From assembly GCA_964252035.1 (NCBI GenBank), contig OZ176208.1: a stretch of DNA of 64,000 nucleotides; one strand, written 5' to 3'. The notes under the pieces were generated by a model. That model did not search any database. It saw only the letters and a list, made by a program, of their open reading frames with translations, and was not told where the DNA came from. Below, one piece after another: positions 52,662 through 64,000 of this stretch (position 1 is the first letter of the stretch; the number at the start of each line of letters is the position of its first letter). Origin of the DNA: Podarcis erhardii (Eukaryota). Both the position numbers and the translations under genes were made by a program.

Positions 52662-53324
52662 CTTTCGTAGATTTTCACGGGTACAGGAATGCAGGTTTTG
52701 GTGTCCTCGGGTGTCTTCCCGTGTAAAAGTTGGGGTGTCTAGGCGACGTTTCGACGAGGTCTCACTCGTCATCTTCAGGCTGGTGCTTTCGGCTTCTTGT
52801 TACTGGAACAGAGCAGGATCTCAGTGTTTGAGTTCCTATAAATACTGTAGAGGGGGTGTGGTGTATAGCCTCCAATGTTCTGGGCAGAGAGGAAGTTCCC
52901 AGGCTAGTGTGCCTTTTCTTCTTTTGTTCCTTAATTACTTGAGAGATATCTTGAGTGATTTCTTGAGTGATATCCTGAGTACCACTTAGGTGGGTCATTA
53001 GGTGTGGATTAGTTGTTAAAGTCTTTGTGTCTTGACCTCTTGAACTTTGTGAAGAGTTTACCTGAGAAGATGGCTGTACTGTACTTAGTTGTGCTCTGGC
53101 TTGGCTTCGTGTATAGGGGCGAGCTGTGGTTTTGTGGCTTGTGTCAGCCAGATCTGTGTAGGGATTGCAGGGGGGTGCAGCATCCGGAGGTGCCACCATG
53201 GATTGGCTACTGGAACAAGAAGCCGAAAGCACCAGCCTGAAGATGACGAGTGAGACCTCGTCGAAACGTCGCCTAGACACCCCAACTTTTACACGGGAAG
53301 ACACCCGAGGACACCAAAACCTGC

Positions 53325-53326
<2 letters not shown>
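52659..53326 (-). mobile_element. Penelope-like element 3' end/pLTR (different family from 32863) with an inverted terminal copy, inserted in an (AT)n tract
   Basis: 112-bp inverted arms at 52689-52800 and 53215-53326 contain CTGAAGA...GAAACGTC; (AT)n lies on both sides. No coding domain is visible, so the family assignment is by architecture. Confidence 0.75.
53235..53272 (+). ncRNA. Minimal hammerhead ribozyme-like motif (inverted copy at 52743-52780, - strand)
   Basis: CUGAAGA-U-GACGAG/UGAGAC/CUCGUC-GAA-ACGU-C; palindromic ACGU stem III; stem I has only about 2 bp. Confidence 0.65.
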
Positions 53327-53358
<32 letters not shown>

Positions 53359-53560
53359 TAAAAAAAATACATGCCATGTGCATTGCAGTTAATGAATACA
53401 GGGTACTGTTCCAAAAGAAGAAGGAAAAGAAACCTGTAATGTCATTTATAATTCAGTAAGTTGTGATAATTGAACATACACACATACACACTTCTGAGAA
53501 TGAATATGCTATATGAAACAAGAATTTACTAATAGGTTTACTATAGGGCATAACAATATA

Positions 53561-53612
53561 GACTCTTGAAAAGACTCTTGAAAATGACTCTTGAAATGAC
53601 TCTTGAAAAGAC
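53561..53612. repeat. 12-13-bp minisatellite (GACTCTTGAAA[A/T]) x4
   Basis: Seen directly. Confidence 0.9.
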
Positions 53613-53759
53613 ATCAGAATATGCTGCTGCATCTCAGTTTGATCAAACAGATAAATTTGATTTGGGGAACAGCAGATCCCCTGCTTTGCATGCAGTTTCA
53701 AACCCTGGAGAGCCAGGCACAATAGACAATACTGAGAGAGATGAACCATTGGTCTGTAA

Positions 53760-54310
53760 CATCATAAGATGGTTTCCCATGTTCCTGAAATAAGAGTCCT
53801 TCTTTGTATTCAATGTGTGGGCCTTGCTTGCCCTTTTCAGTACCATTTCCAGCTCTATAATATCCTTTTTCAGATGTGGTAAACAGAACCATGCACAACA
53901 TTCCAAACCTGGTCACACCATAGTTTTGTATAATGATGTTATAATATAGAAAAGTTTGTTCTCAGACTTTCCTAATGATCCCTAATATCGAATTAGTGAT
54001 ACATGCTGGGTCGTTCTCTTCACTGAGCTATCAAATATCACCTCAAGGTATTGTTCCTAGTTAATCGCTGCCACTTCAGACCCTATCAGCACACACTGAA
54101 GTTTTTGTCCCACCATGCATCACCTTACACTTGCTTTCACTGAATTGCATTTGCCATTTTTCTGCCTGTTCACCAGTGTCAAGAGATCCTTTTAGAGTTC
54201 CATGCAATCCCTTTTTGTTTTAATTACTCTGATCAATTTGGCGGCATCACCTAAGTCAGCTACTTCATTGCTTATTCCTAAATGAACATGTTAAAAAGCA
54301 CATGTCCTTA
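53760..54310 (-). mobile_element. Degraded CR1 RT C-terminal fragment
   Basis: ECCAWFCLPHLKKDIIELEMVLKRASK resembles the CR1 motif EYCVQFWSPHLKKDI.ELEKVQKRATK. Confidence 0.75.
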
Positions 54311-56180
54311 TCCACATAACCAGCTGTATTGTGTGTGTTTCTCTCTTGTAAATGTAATATCCCATGCTAGCCTTGGTTTGGTTGAATTTAGATTTTATGT
54401 GTTTGTCTAAAGTTCTATTTTCTTATTTGAATTATATGGTAAAATTTAATTAAAAATACCCTTAAAAAGGACATGTCCTAATAGCAGCTGTTGGAGGAAT
54501 GCTGACTATTGGGAAATACTGAGCACTGCTAATAGTTGGGATTCCTACAAAATATGCTGAACTATATTGACCTTTATCTGATTTGGTTAAGCACTTCTTA
54601 CAATGAAATGAAAGTGTTTATTAAGGATCAAGTAACATAGCTTACTAATCATTTCAGTGTTAGGAGATCCTGAGCCTGCAGTTTAGAATTTTGCATTTAA
54701 AATTAATCAACGTATTATACAGATTCCAATAATAACACAAAGTACACACCTGGTCAGCCCATTCCGGGTTTTAAATAATGTTACATAAAATATGGAACAT
54801 ATATTTTGAGCAGAACTACACTACAAAATGCAGAGAAATGTGCCGTACGTAGGATTACTCCATACTGATCTGCATCTTAGTTCAGGAGGTGAGGAATGCA
54901 TTCCTGAAGCATCCCTGAGTGTATCCCCAGTGATATTCAATCCCTGCATCACCTGTCTGTCTGTCTACCTTTCTCCCATAGTATGGTGTACAGAGTATAT
55001 AATCATGGATAATTAAACAACAATTTCCTTCTGTTTTCTACCAGTTGATACACCTTTCAAGCGCTTCCTGCCTCTATAATTCATCATGTTAACATATTGT
55101 AAGCATTGCAGATCTCCTTCAATTAACACCTAATTTCCCCTCCTTTTTCATGTTTATTTGTTCATTTTGTTGTTGTCTTCCATATTAATGAGGTATTAAG
55201 TGGTATTTGTTGTGCTTCAGTTCTCCTCTTCTGCCCATTTTCTAACTGAGTCTGGCATAGTATGTGATCATGCCAACAAATAAAGTCAGCATGACTTTAA
55301 TTCACAGCTACAGATTTAAGATACATGTGATGGTGCCATAATCAGGACTTCATTTGCAAAACAAACTCCTTGACAGAGACAATGTGTGAAATGACAGGAT
55401 GGAAAATAAGCTTTGAAATGTCATTCACTGGGAAAGCAAGGGAAGCACTGACAAATCATGCTAAATTATTGTGAGCTGGAGGACAAATGAGAGTGAACAT
55501 TTTACCAACTTAAGCATCATTAGCAACCAACAGACCTGTACTTTGTGGTTGGACAGAGCTACTAATGTCTATAACTGCAGGGCATCTGTTGGCCTTCAAC
55601 AAGTTCTGGTTGAAGAAACTGTCACATAATGGAAACATTTAGCATAAATGTTGGTTCAAAATAATTCATACATTCAAAATAATCTCCTTTGTTTGCAGTT
55701 CAGTGTCTGAAAAATGTTAGTGACCTGAATTTACTACACATATTCTGTAAGGCAATAGAAATAAAATTCAAATTTATTGCAACCTTCCATTTTCTGAATG
55801 TTTTGGATATGCTTTCTCCTCTCAGCTGCTTCAATGATACATGCAAAATTTTAGTCACAGAGTACCCTAATTTAATACCGGAGTATTCACTTGTATACAT
55901 TTTCTTTCTCTTACCATTTTCATTTTCTCCTTTGTCTCATGGTTCATTCCAGACAGGGCTAACAAATAAAATATAGAAAAATATGTGAAACTATTGTGTT
56001 AAGTGGGATGTTCTTCAGAAGAGTTAATTCATAGAAGGTATGGTCATTTGTCCATGCACTTTTTAAAGGTTAACAGGCAGTTGGGACATTGGGCAGACAA
56101 AACTGGATTGCACATAAACAGCCTCAGTTTTGCACATAGACTTAGGAACTGCTCAGTTGGTAGCCACAATCAGCTAAGCA

Positions 56181-56560
56181 GGTAAAAGGTAAAAGGACCC
56201 CTGGACAGTTAAATCCAGTCAAATTTGACTATGGGCTGTGGTGCTCATCTAGTTTCAGGACAAGGGAGCTGGCATTTGTCGACAGACAGCTTTCCGGGTC
56301 ATGCAGCCAGCATGACTAAACCACCACAGGCACATGGAGGACCATGATGAGTGCCAGAGTGCATGGAAATGCTGTTTACTTTCCTGCCACAATGGTACCT
56401 ATTTATCTACTTGCACTGGTATGCTTTTGAACTGCTAGGTTGGCAGAAGCTGGGACAGAGCAACAGGAGGTCACCCCATCAAGCAGATTCGAACTGCTGA
56501 CCTTCCGAATGTCAAGCCCAAGAGGCTCGGTGGTTTAGAACACAGGACTACCCATGTCCC
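56181..56560 (-). mobile_element. Sauria SINE
   Basis: Same diagnostic blocks; approximate TSD ...TAAGCAGGTA on both flanks. Confidence 0.9.
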
Positions 56561-58927
56561 TAGATAAGCAGGTATCTTTCTTTGAGGGACATTGCTCAAT
56601 CATGCCTGGTTTTTGCTTGAAGCCCACTGTAGTCTGGAATGTAGGGGAAAGTGTGGAACACAGTATCTTGTATTACAATTCTACTGTTCTTATTTTTTTA
56701 TATAAATCTCAATTTGCCCAAGATTATTTCTGCACCACTGAAAACCTTGTTGGAAGAGATCATCACAGACTCCAGCTGAAGCAGTGGGCCAAGCAATATC
56801 AGGAACTGTACTCCCAGGAAAACATAGTCTCTCACACAACCACTGAAAATTGTGCCTGTTTGATCTTTTGAGCCATCTGGATTAGAAACTAAATCAGGTT
56901 CAGAAAAACTTTTGTACCATCTCTGCTTGTCATATTGTCCAACTAGATACTTTTAGAAGATGCTCAAGGAAGAAAGGAATCCAGTTTCTGGAGACACACA
57001 CATACACACCAATTGCTCCTAATCCAATTGTATTTAGTGGCATAACAGCTCAGAACATACTAGTTCCATATAAGCATTTTCTTCCTGAATCTGGCTAATT
57101 CCTAGCAGGGAAGGCTCAGTGGTTCAGCATTTGTTTTACATGCAGAAGTTTCCAAGTTTCCAGGATACAGCTGGAAAAAAAACCTGTCTGAAATCTTGAC
57201 GAGCCACTATCATTCAGGTTAGACAATATTGAGCTAGATGGACCTATAGCCAGTATGGCCAAAAGTAGTTCCATCCAGATATTGTTAGCCACAGCCATCA
57301 TGGTCAAGGATCAGGGCTGATGGGCTATCACTGAACCTATGATCTGGCTCGATAAGGCCAGTTATCAGTTGCCTTCACCATATTTTGTAATAGTGAGGAC
57401 AATGAATTGTGAAGAGTATTTTCCTTTTGTCCTGCCATATTCTGCACATTTTTAATACAGAGGAAAACCTCTGGATTAGATGTGTATGGGCAAAAGCCAG
57501 GATTCATTTAGTAGGAGTTGTGCACTGTATTTCAGCAGAAAAGGAAATATAAGGAATACTATACAACTTTTTTTCGGCATGATGACTTCAAGGATTTTTT
57601 TTTAAAAACCACCTAAAGTAACCTTTATAGCCAAGAAAACTAGGTCAGTCATGTGTGACCTGAATTACTGAGCTAATGATATTCTTAGCCTTGGCTGTCC
57701 TCTGGGCACTGCCATTGAGAAGGAAAGCTTGTGTGTTGCAAGTTGAAGCACGGGAGGAAAAAGATATTGTCAGGTTGCTTTCCCTTCCTTCAGCAAAAGT
57801 GTTCTGCGTCTCTCTCAGATAAAGATAAAGTTGATTTCTTTAAAAACACATTTAAAGTAAGAGATAATGCCAGGAATGCCAAGAGCCAAAAGGGGATGGG
57901 GGCGGGGAGGCAAACAAAACAGGCTGCTCTCTCACATTTCTTCCTCTACATTTTGGCCAATATGCTGTTTGTCTGTGTAGATGATATCAGACATTTGTTT
58001 GTGGATTTGTGGGATTGTGGTTCTGGTGTGAGCATTTTCAGGAGCAAGGCCTTGTATAGAGGCAGTAAACTGAGGCTGATAACAGAGGTTTAGATGTTTT
58101 ATTTAGAATAGCTTGAGGTTTAGAAATAATTTAAGCCAACGTTTAAACCCTTACAAAGTATCTGTAATAGCAACACTCCCTGCATGTCTCCTAAATATAC
58201 ATGCTTAGGTTGGCAAGAGGGTGCCTTTTTGGTAGGTCTGCCACTCCCAGGAATCTCAAGAATGGCAACATAGGAATGGGTTTGATATGTGGCAGCCCCT
58301 TAATTGTGGAAATCCTTCCCCACAGAGGTGCATCCAACACCTTCATTGTACAGATTTTGCTATAGGCTGAAGACACACCTCTTTACCTTGGCCATTTTAT
58401 GGGTAAGGGCGGGGAAGGCAATTGACAAATAAATAAACAGCACCACAGAGCTTTGTATTACTCAAGCCCCAATTGAAAAACAGATGTTTGTTGAGCATAA
58501 GTTTATTGCTAAACATTGGTTCTGAAAATACATAAACTAAAATGTTGCTTCTTTGAGAATTCAGGGGGCCACATATATTGGAACATGATAACAAAACCTT
58601 TTTTTAGTAGAAATATGAGCAAAGACTGAACTTGGCGACACTTTGGTCAAAACTTCACCAATTTTGAATGATATTGTTTCCTGCCCAGTTCCTGGTTACA
58701 CAAGTATCTCACGGGTATTGAATTTGTAGAAGGGCAATCTGATTCTTAGTGAATGTGTTAAGTATGCGTTAAAGTTGACAAATACTCTCTCCAGGTCTTT
58801 AGTATTTTGGAATGGTAGATATGGGACCAAATAGACCGTTGAGGTGACATAAAATAGCATGTATTTCCTGATGTTCTTAAGCATTTCATTCTAACATCTT
58901 AGTTGAGCATGCACAACATCACAAGTA

Positions 58928-59283
58928 ATGGTAAACGTAAAGGGACCCCTGAATATTAGGTTCAGTTGCGGACGACTCTGCGGTTGCGGTGCTCATCTCG
59001 CCTTATTGGCCAAGGGAGCCGACGTACAGCTTCCGGGTCATGTGGCCAGCATGACTAAGCCGCTTCTGGTGAACCCGAGCAGCGCATGGAATTGCCATTT
59101 ACCTTCCCGCCGGAGCAATACCTATTTATCTACTTGCACTTGGATGTACTTTTGAACTGCTAGGTTGGCAGGAGCAGGGACCGAGCAACAGGAGCTCACC
59201 CCGTCATGGGGATTCGAACCGCTGACCTTCTGATCGGCAAGCCCTAGGCTCTGTGGTTTAGACTACAGCGCCACCCGCGTCCC
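58928..59283 (-). mobile_element. Sauria SINE (second subfamily), full length
   Basis: 15-bp TSD ACAACATCACAAGTA at 58913-58927 and 59284-59298. Confidence 0.92.
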
Positions 59284-59328
59284 ACAACATCACAAGTAGC
59301 TGGGCCAATACAGTGGTTCTTTCATTAA

Positions 59329-59629
59329 ACGTACAGCTTCTGGGTCATGTGGCCAGCACGACTAATCCGCTTCTGGTAAACCAGAGCAGCACACAGAAAT
59401 GCTGTTTATCTTACCGCCAGAGGGGTATCTATTTGCACTTTGACATGCTTTCAAATTGCTAGGTTGGCAGGAGCAGGGACCGAGCAACAGGAGCTCACCC
59501 CATCACGGGGATTTGAACCGCTGACCTTCTGATCGGCAAGCCCTAGGCTCTGTGGTTTAGACTACAGCGCCACCCGTGTCCCACAACATCACAAGTAGCT
59601 GGGCCAATACAGTGGTTCTTTCATTAAAC
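59329..59629 (-). repeat. Tandem duplicate of the SINE 5' part plus TSD plus unique flank
   Basis: Repeats 59022-59330, including non-SINE flank GCTGGGCCAATACAGTGGTTCTTTCATTAAAC. Confidence 0.9.
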
Positions 59630-60799
59630 CCTGTGTACTTATTTCTAACTGAGAATGTTTAAGGATGGAGCCTTGGACACCAATTAACAAACAACTTGTT
59701 CAATTACAAAGCTGTATCCTCATGTAGAAAGTGATATTCAATGGATTATTTCATTGTTTTGTGTAACATTTTTATCTATTCCAGAATTAGCACACTTTGT
59801 AAGTGTTGCATTTAAATCACAGATTAGTCAACTGTTCTCTTAACTGTAATTCCATTTTTGTGACCTATGCTCACATTTTCTTTGGCTGCAACATGTTCCC
59901 CTCCCCCTTGTATGATGTGCAGGAGGTGTTATTGCAATTTTATGGCTCCCAGGTGGAATATTAGTGCACAACTTTGTATAAAGGTTTAAACTAGGAAACA
60001 TAATGCATTCCTTTATCTTGTCAGTATAGATTTTCTGTATTTATATACAAGCCTGTGGAGAATGAAAGGGTACTTTAGTGTCAAAATAAGCGATACTCAA
60101 TGACAAATTTTACCGCCATAAGCATATATCAACCTGGAGGTGAAATTTAAGAATTTGAGAAAAAAATTCATTGCACTTCTGAACGTAGATTTAAAAAAAA
60201 AAAAAAATCAAATATGGATGTATTCAAGTCATGTGGACTGGTCCTTGTACCTAATTTTTCACTGCAAAGCCAAATAGCCTAAATATTGCTGCTGTCTTGG
60301 TTAATTTTCTTTTAATTGGTTTACCAATTAACATGGCAATATTTTGTTATGACAGAATGTCTATACAGAAGGTATTTCAATCAAGCTAAGCAGAAAAGTT
60401 GCAAACAGTTAAACTCAGCAATTATACATGGACGTTGAAAATCAATTTTGACATGGATAAACATTTTTTAAATGATACCTAAATGACTTTGTCCTTTGTT
60501 ACCGAAAGCAATGATGTTTGGATGGGACCAATGGTCTTCAATGATATCTTTTTGGTATTTCACTTAACTCCATTTTTCTTCCTGTTTTCACATTTGGACT
60601 CACAACCACAAAATATATACAGAAACTGAGCATAGTTTCTATTTCTTTCTAGAGACTCACCTGTTTCACAGATATGCCTTGTTCCATGCCCAATAAGCGA
60701 GGGGTGCCTTTGCCTGGTGGCACTGGGGTCCATAGTTTGCAGCAAAATACAGGGCAAGGTTTTGTTCATTATCTTGTCTGTGTTATCGGCCCACGGCCC

Positions 60800-60800
<1 letters not shown>

Positions 60801-60846
<46 letters not shown>

Positions 60847-61062
60847 TTTTAAAAAATATTTCTATTGAACAATTTCAACAAAACAAATTCTCAATCAAAA
60901 TAACCAATTACATTTTTTTGCCCATTTTTATTCCCCCCTCCCTCCCTCTCCCCCCCCCACCAAAGACTTCCCTCAGCTCCCCTCTCTGATTTGTTTGCAC
61001 ATATTATTCTCTGCATGTTAAAAATTGTACATATCGTTACCTTGTCTGTCATATATTCTATT
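60801..61062 (-). mobile_element. L1/Tx1-like 3' end with (GAAA)n tail, inserted in an older repeat
   Basis: Poly-purine tail and GA-rich 3' UTR; flanked by GGCCCACGG(G)CCC at 60788 and 61063. Confidence 0.55.
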
Positions 61063-62259
61063 GGCCCACGGGCCCATTAAAAGGGGAGGGGAAAACCCAT
61101 ATACGCCTGCTTTCCTGGAGCTCAGGGCCATTTTATCTGGACAGCTTCCAGCCACCCACTGAGAGCTTCCCCGCTTCACTGATCAATTTTACAAATGTAA
61201 AATTAGCACCATTGTTCTGTCACCTTTTGTTTCTTGCCATGCCCTCCTTTGGTATTTGGCCCCAGAAAGTTACTTACTAGGGAATGTGACCCTTAGGTTA
61301 GAAAAAAAAAGATATTATCCCCTATTCTGTACTATTTTGCTTTGACAGATAGCATATACAAATCTTGAATCTGCTTTGTAAGCAGATGGAAAACTGCAGA
61401 ACATATATTGGAAACAACTGAATCTACAGTAAGTTGATGTGGAATTTTCTCAATATGGCATGCAGGGTTCTCATTAATGGCTTCCTAGCATTTGGTACAT
61501 TATATTACAGTCCCCAAACAGCTCTCCAAGTCACTATAGCAAAGATTTGAATCAGGCAGAACCAGGATGATGAGCTAGCACACTGAAAAGCTCTGTGGGA
61601 ATCACTTTTATTTCACCTTGGCTTAACTTAATCTGAAAGGAATTCTCTCTGTGGGTGCATATATATGGAAAAACGTAACTGATAAATTTAAACAAAGGAT
61701 ACTAAACCTACATTGTACTACAGAGAAGTACTCTTATCTTGAAAGATGAGATGAGCCCTTGACTTATGCTTTGAATTACTGATGCCGCATAGATGAAAAA
61801 TGTCAGGGCAATTTTTAGCAGTTGCCAAAATAAAAAAAAAGGCTCTTCTATGATTGCATATAAATACCAGGTCATTACTTGCTCGGTCATTTTCTCATTT
61901 ATCACCCCAGGCATCTGAATTGTCTACCAGAAAGAAACCATTGTGAAACAATTCCACCTGCCTAATAAAGTGTGAGGTGTTTTAAAACATTTTGCAGTTG
62001 TCATACATACTGCAGTTGTTGCATTGCATCCTCACACACCACAACTGTGGTATGTAATGAAAAAAAGGCATGGAGCTACAATATAAGAAAAAGACCATCT
62101 TGTGTTGAGTTATGATGAATGAGGTAACAAATGGTTCAGAGAGAGGCAATTATGTAAGAAGAAGAGCTGATGGCAATGTCTCTTCAAATACTTGAAAAGA
62201 AGAGCTACAGTGCTACTGAAGTCTCACCTAAATGCTCATTTTTATATATATACGCACAA

Positions 62260-62586
62260 ACCACAGAGCCTAGGACTTGCTGTTCAGAAGGTCAGCGGTT
62301 CGAATCCCCGCAACGGGGTGAGCTCCCGTTGCTCGGTCCCTGCTCCTGCCAACCTAGCAGTTCGAAAGCACGTCAAAGTGCAAGTAGATAAATAGGTACC
62401 GCTCCGGCAGGAAGGTAAACGGCATTTCCGTGTGCTGTTCTGGTTCGCCAGAAGCAGCTTAGTCATGCTGGCCACATGACCCGGAAGCTGTACGCTGGCT
62501 CCCTCAGCCAATAAAGCGAGATGAGCGCCGCAACCCCAGAGTTGGTCACGACTGGACCTAATGGTCAGGGGTCCCTTTACCTTTAC
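62260..62586 (+). mobile_element. Sauria SINE, 5'-truncated
   Basis: B box GGTTCGAATCC, 3' end GGTCCCTTTACCTTTAC; TSD-like TA(C/T)GCACAA at 62251 and 62588. Confidence 0.92.
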
Positions 62587-64000
62587 TTATGCACAATTCC
62601 ACCTCTCATGGCTCCATTATCCAACAGTAACAAGGGCACTGAGTCAGAAGGTGTATATATACAGCCAGACTGAGTTCCTGAGTATGAATCTGATGCTGGT
62701 GACTGGTGACCACTGAACTTGAGGCTGGTAGACAGGAGAATCTTGACCCTCATCCCACAGCACCAGAACCTGTAGAACCAAAGTCAGGACCCTCACAGGA
62801 ACTTTCCACTTGGCCAAAAGACCTAGCAGTGACCTGAACAACCTTACCAGGCCAATGGCACAAACCGTGCAACAGGTGAGAGGCCATATAGCACAGGATA
62901 ACTATCCATTTTCAGGTCATAATGTTGTACTTTTGAGGGTGCTAGTTCTTAAAAAGGGGTGGAGCCTAAGAAAAATAGGCCATAGGCAAAGGCTCGAAAA
63001 CCTTAGTTCACTCTCAACCATTGTCAGAGCAAGTTACTCACTTGGAGGTCTCTGTGGTGCTGTGACAACTGACCTGCCTTGCTCCCTTATGCCATAGACT
63101 CTTCAAAGGAAGAAGAAGTGTGGGATACCATTTATTAATTTAGCAAATTGGACAGCTGCTAAAATAAAAAGAGTATTTCCTTGATTACATATAAATATCA
63201 GGTAATTACTTGCTTGGTCATTTTCTAAGCTAATCTCATTTATCATCCCAGGTATCTGAATCAAATATTAGAGAGGAACAGCTTGTGAAATAATTCCATC
63301 TGTCTAATAAAGTGCCAGTGATTTTAGAACATTTTGCAGTTGTTCATAAATACTTAAGTTGTCATCTTGTGTCTTGACTGTGCATTGAAAAAAGGCATGG
63401 GGCTGCAAGTTAACCCTACTTCAGGTGTTATTAAAGTGAAACCATCAATCATCTCTTGCCAGCTACTAGCCGTTAAAGGCCTAGGAAAATATCCCACAAT
63501 ACTAATCTCTGGAAATGGCCATGCAATTAAAAAGGTAATCACAGTACTTCCAGGCTTCCAACTCCCAACCCACAGAATCATTCCATGAAGATACCATTTT
63601 TGATACCAAAGGTCATCAAGAGGGGGGCGGGCAGAGAGAATCAACAAGATTACACTTCTGTTTCTCTCTCAAGAAAGGTGATCCACCAGTGTCTGAAACC
63701 CAGTGTAAAGCCGAATTGAACCATCGGCTGGGTGAGGACTGCAGGGCCTGCTCCCTTCCAGGGCCTTTTCCAGCTGGCCCAGGGGGCGTGGCCCAGGCCC
63801 TTATTTGGAACAAACTTTTTGGGAAGGGTGGGAAGTGTTCTGCCATTGCTTCCTTGTTCCAGGTGGTTAATGTGCTTTAAAATGTCCTCAAGCAGTCGGT
63901 GGCAATTTAAATTTTTATTTCTTTTTTTCCTTTTTTCCATTGTTGGGGGTGGGTGGGATGGATATTTGGTTGGGGATTAATTTTAGTATAATTGTTCTGT

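Noticed and set aside
52762-53304. 180-aa ORF as a protein-coding gene
   Set aside because: It lies within the Penelope-like terminal repeat and is partly mirrored by the inverted arms; low complexity.

Overview
This is eukaryotic, AT-rich and repeat-rich DNA from a squamate reptile. Its Sauria-SINE subfamilies, Bov-B, CR1, L2 and Penelope content point to a lizard, probably a lacertid (inference). I found no recognisable host protein-coding exon, so the window looks intergenic or intronic, and most of the ORF track is noise. There is an assembly gap of 225 N at 30471-30695. The dominant feature is a nearly intact 7.67-kb tyrosine-recombinase retrotransposon (DIRS order, Ngaro-type split direct repeats) at 42089-49755. 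Its layout is A1 - gag - RT/RNase H - tyrosine recombinase - SGNH hydrolase - B1 - A2 - spacer - B2, with an AA crossover dinucleotide at both ends and at the internal B1/A2 junction. Its three downstream ORFs lack usable ATGs and each follows a 3' splice-site-like sequence. Its B repeat is predicted to fold into a large structured RNA closed by a perfect 12-bp long-range stem just upstream of AATAAA. Two unrelated Penelope-like insertions (32863-33639 and 52659-53326) each carry inverted terminal copies containing minimal hammerhead ribozymes. The rest is SINEs, LINE fragments, MITEs, microsatellites and local duplications.
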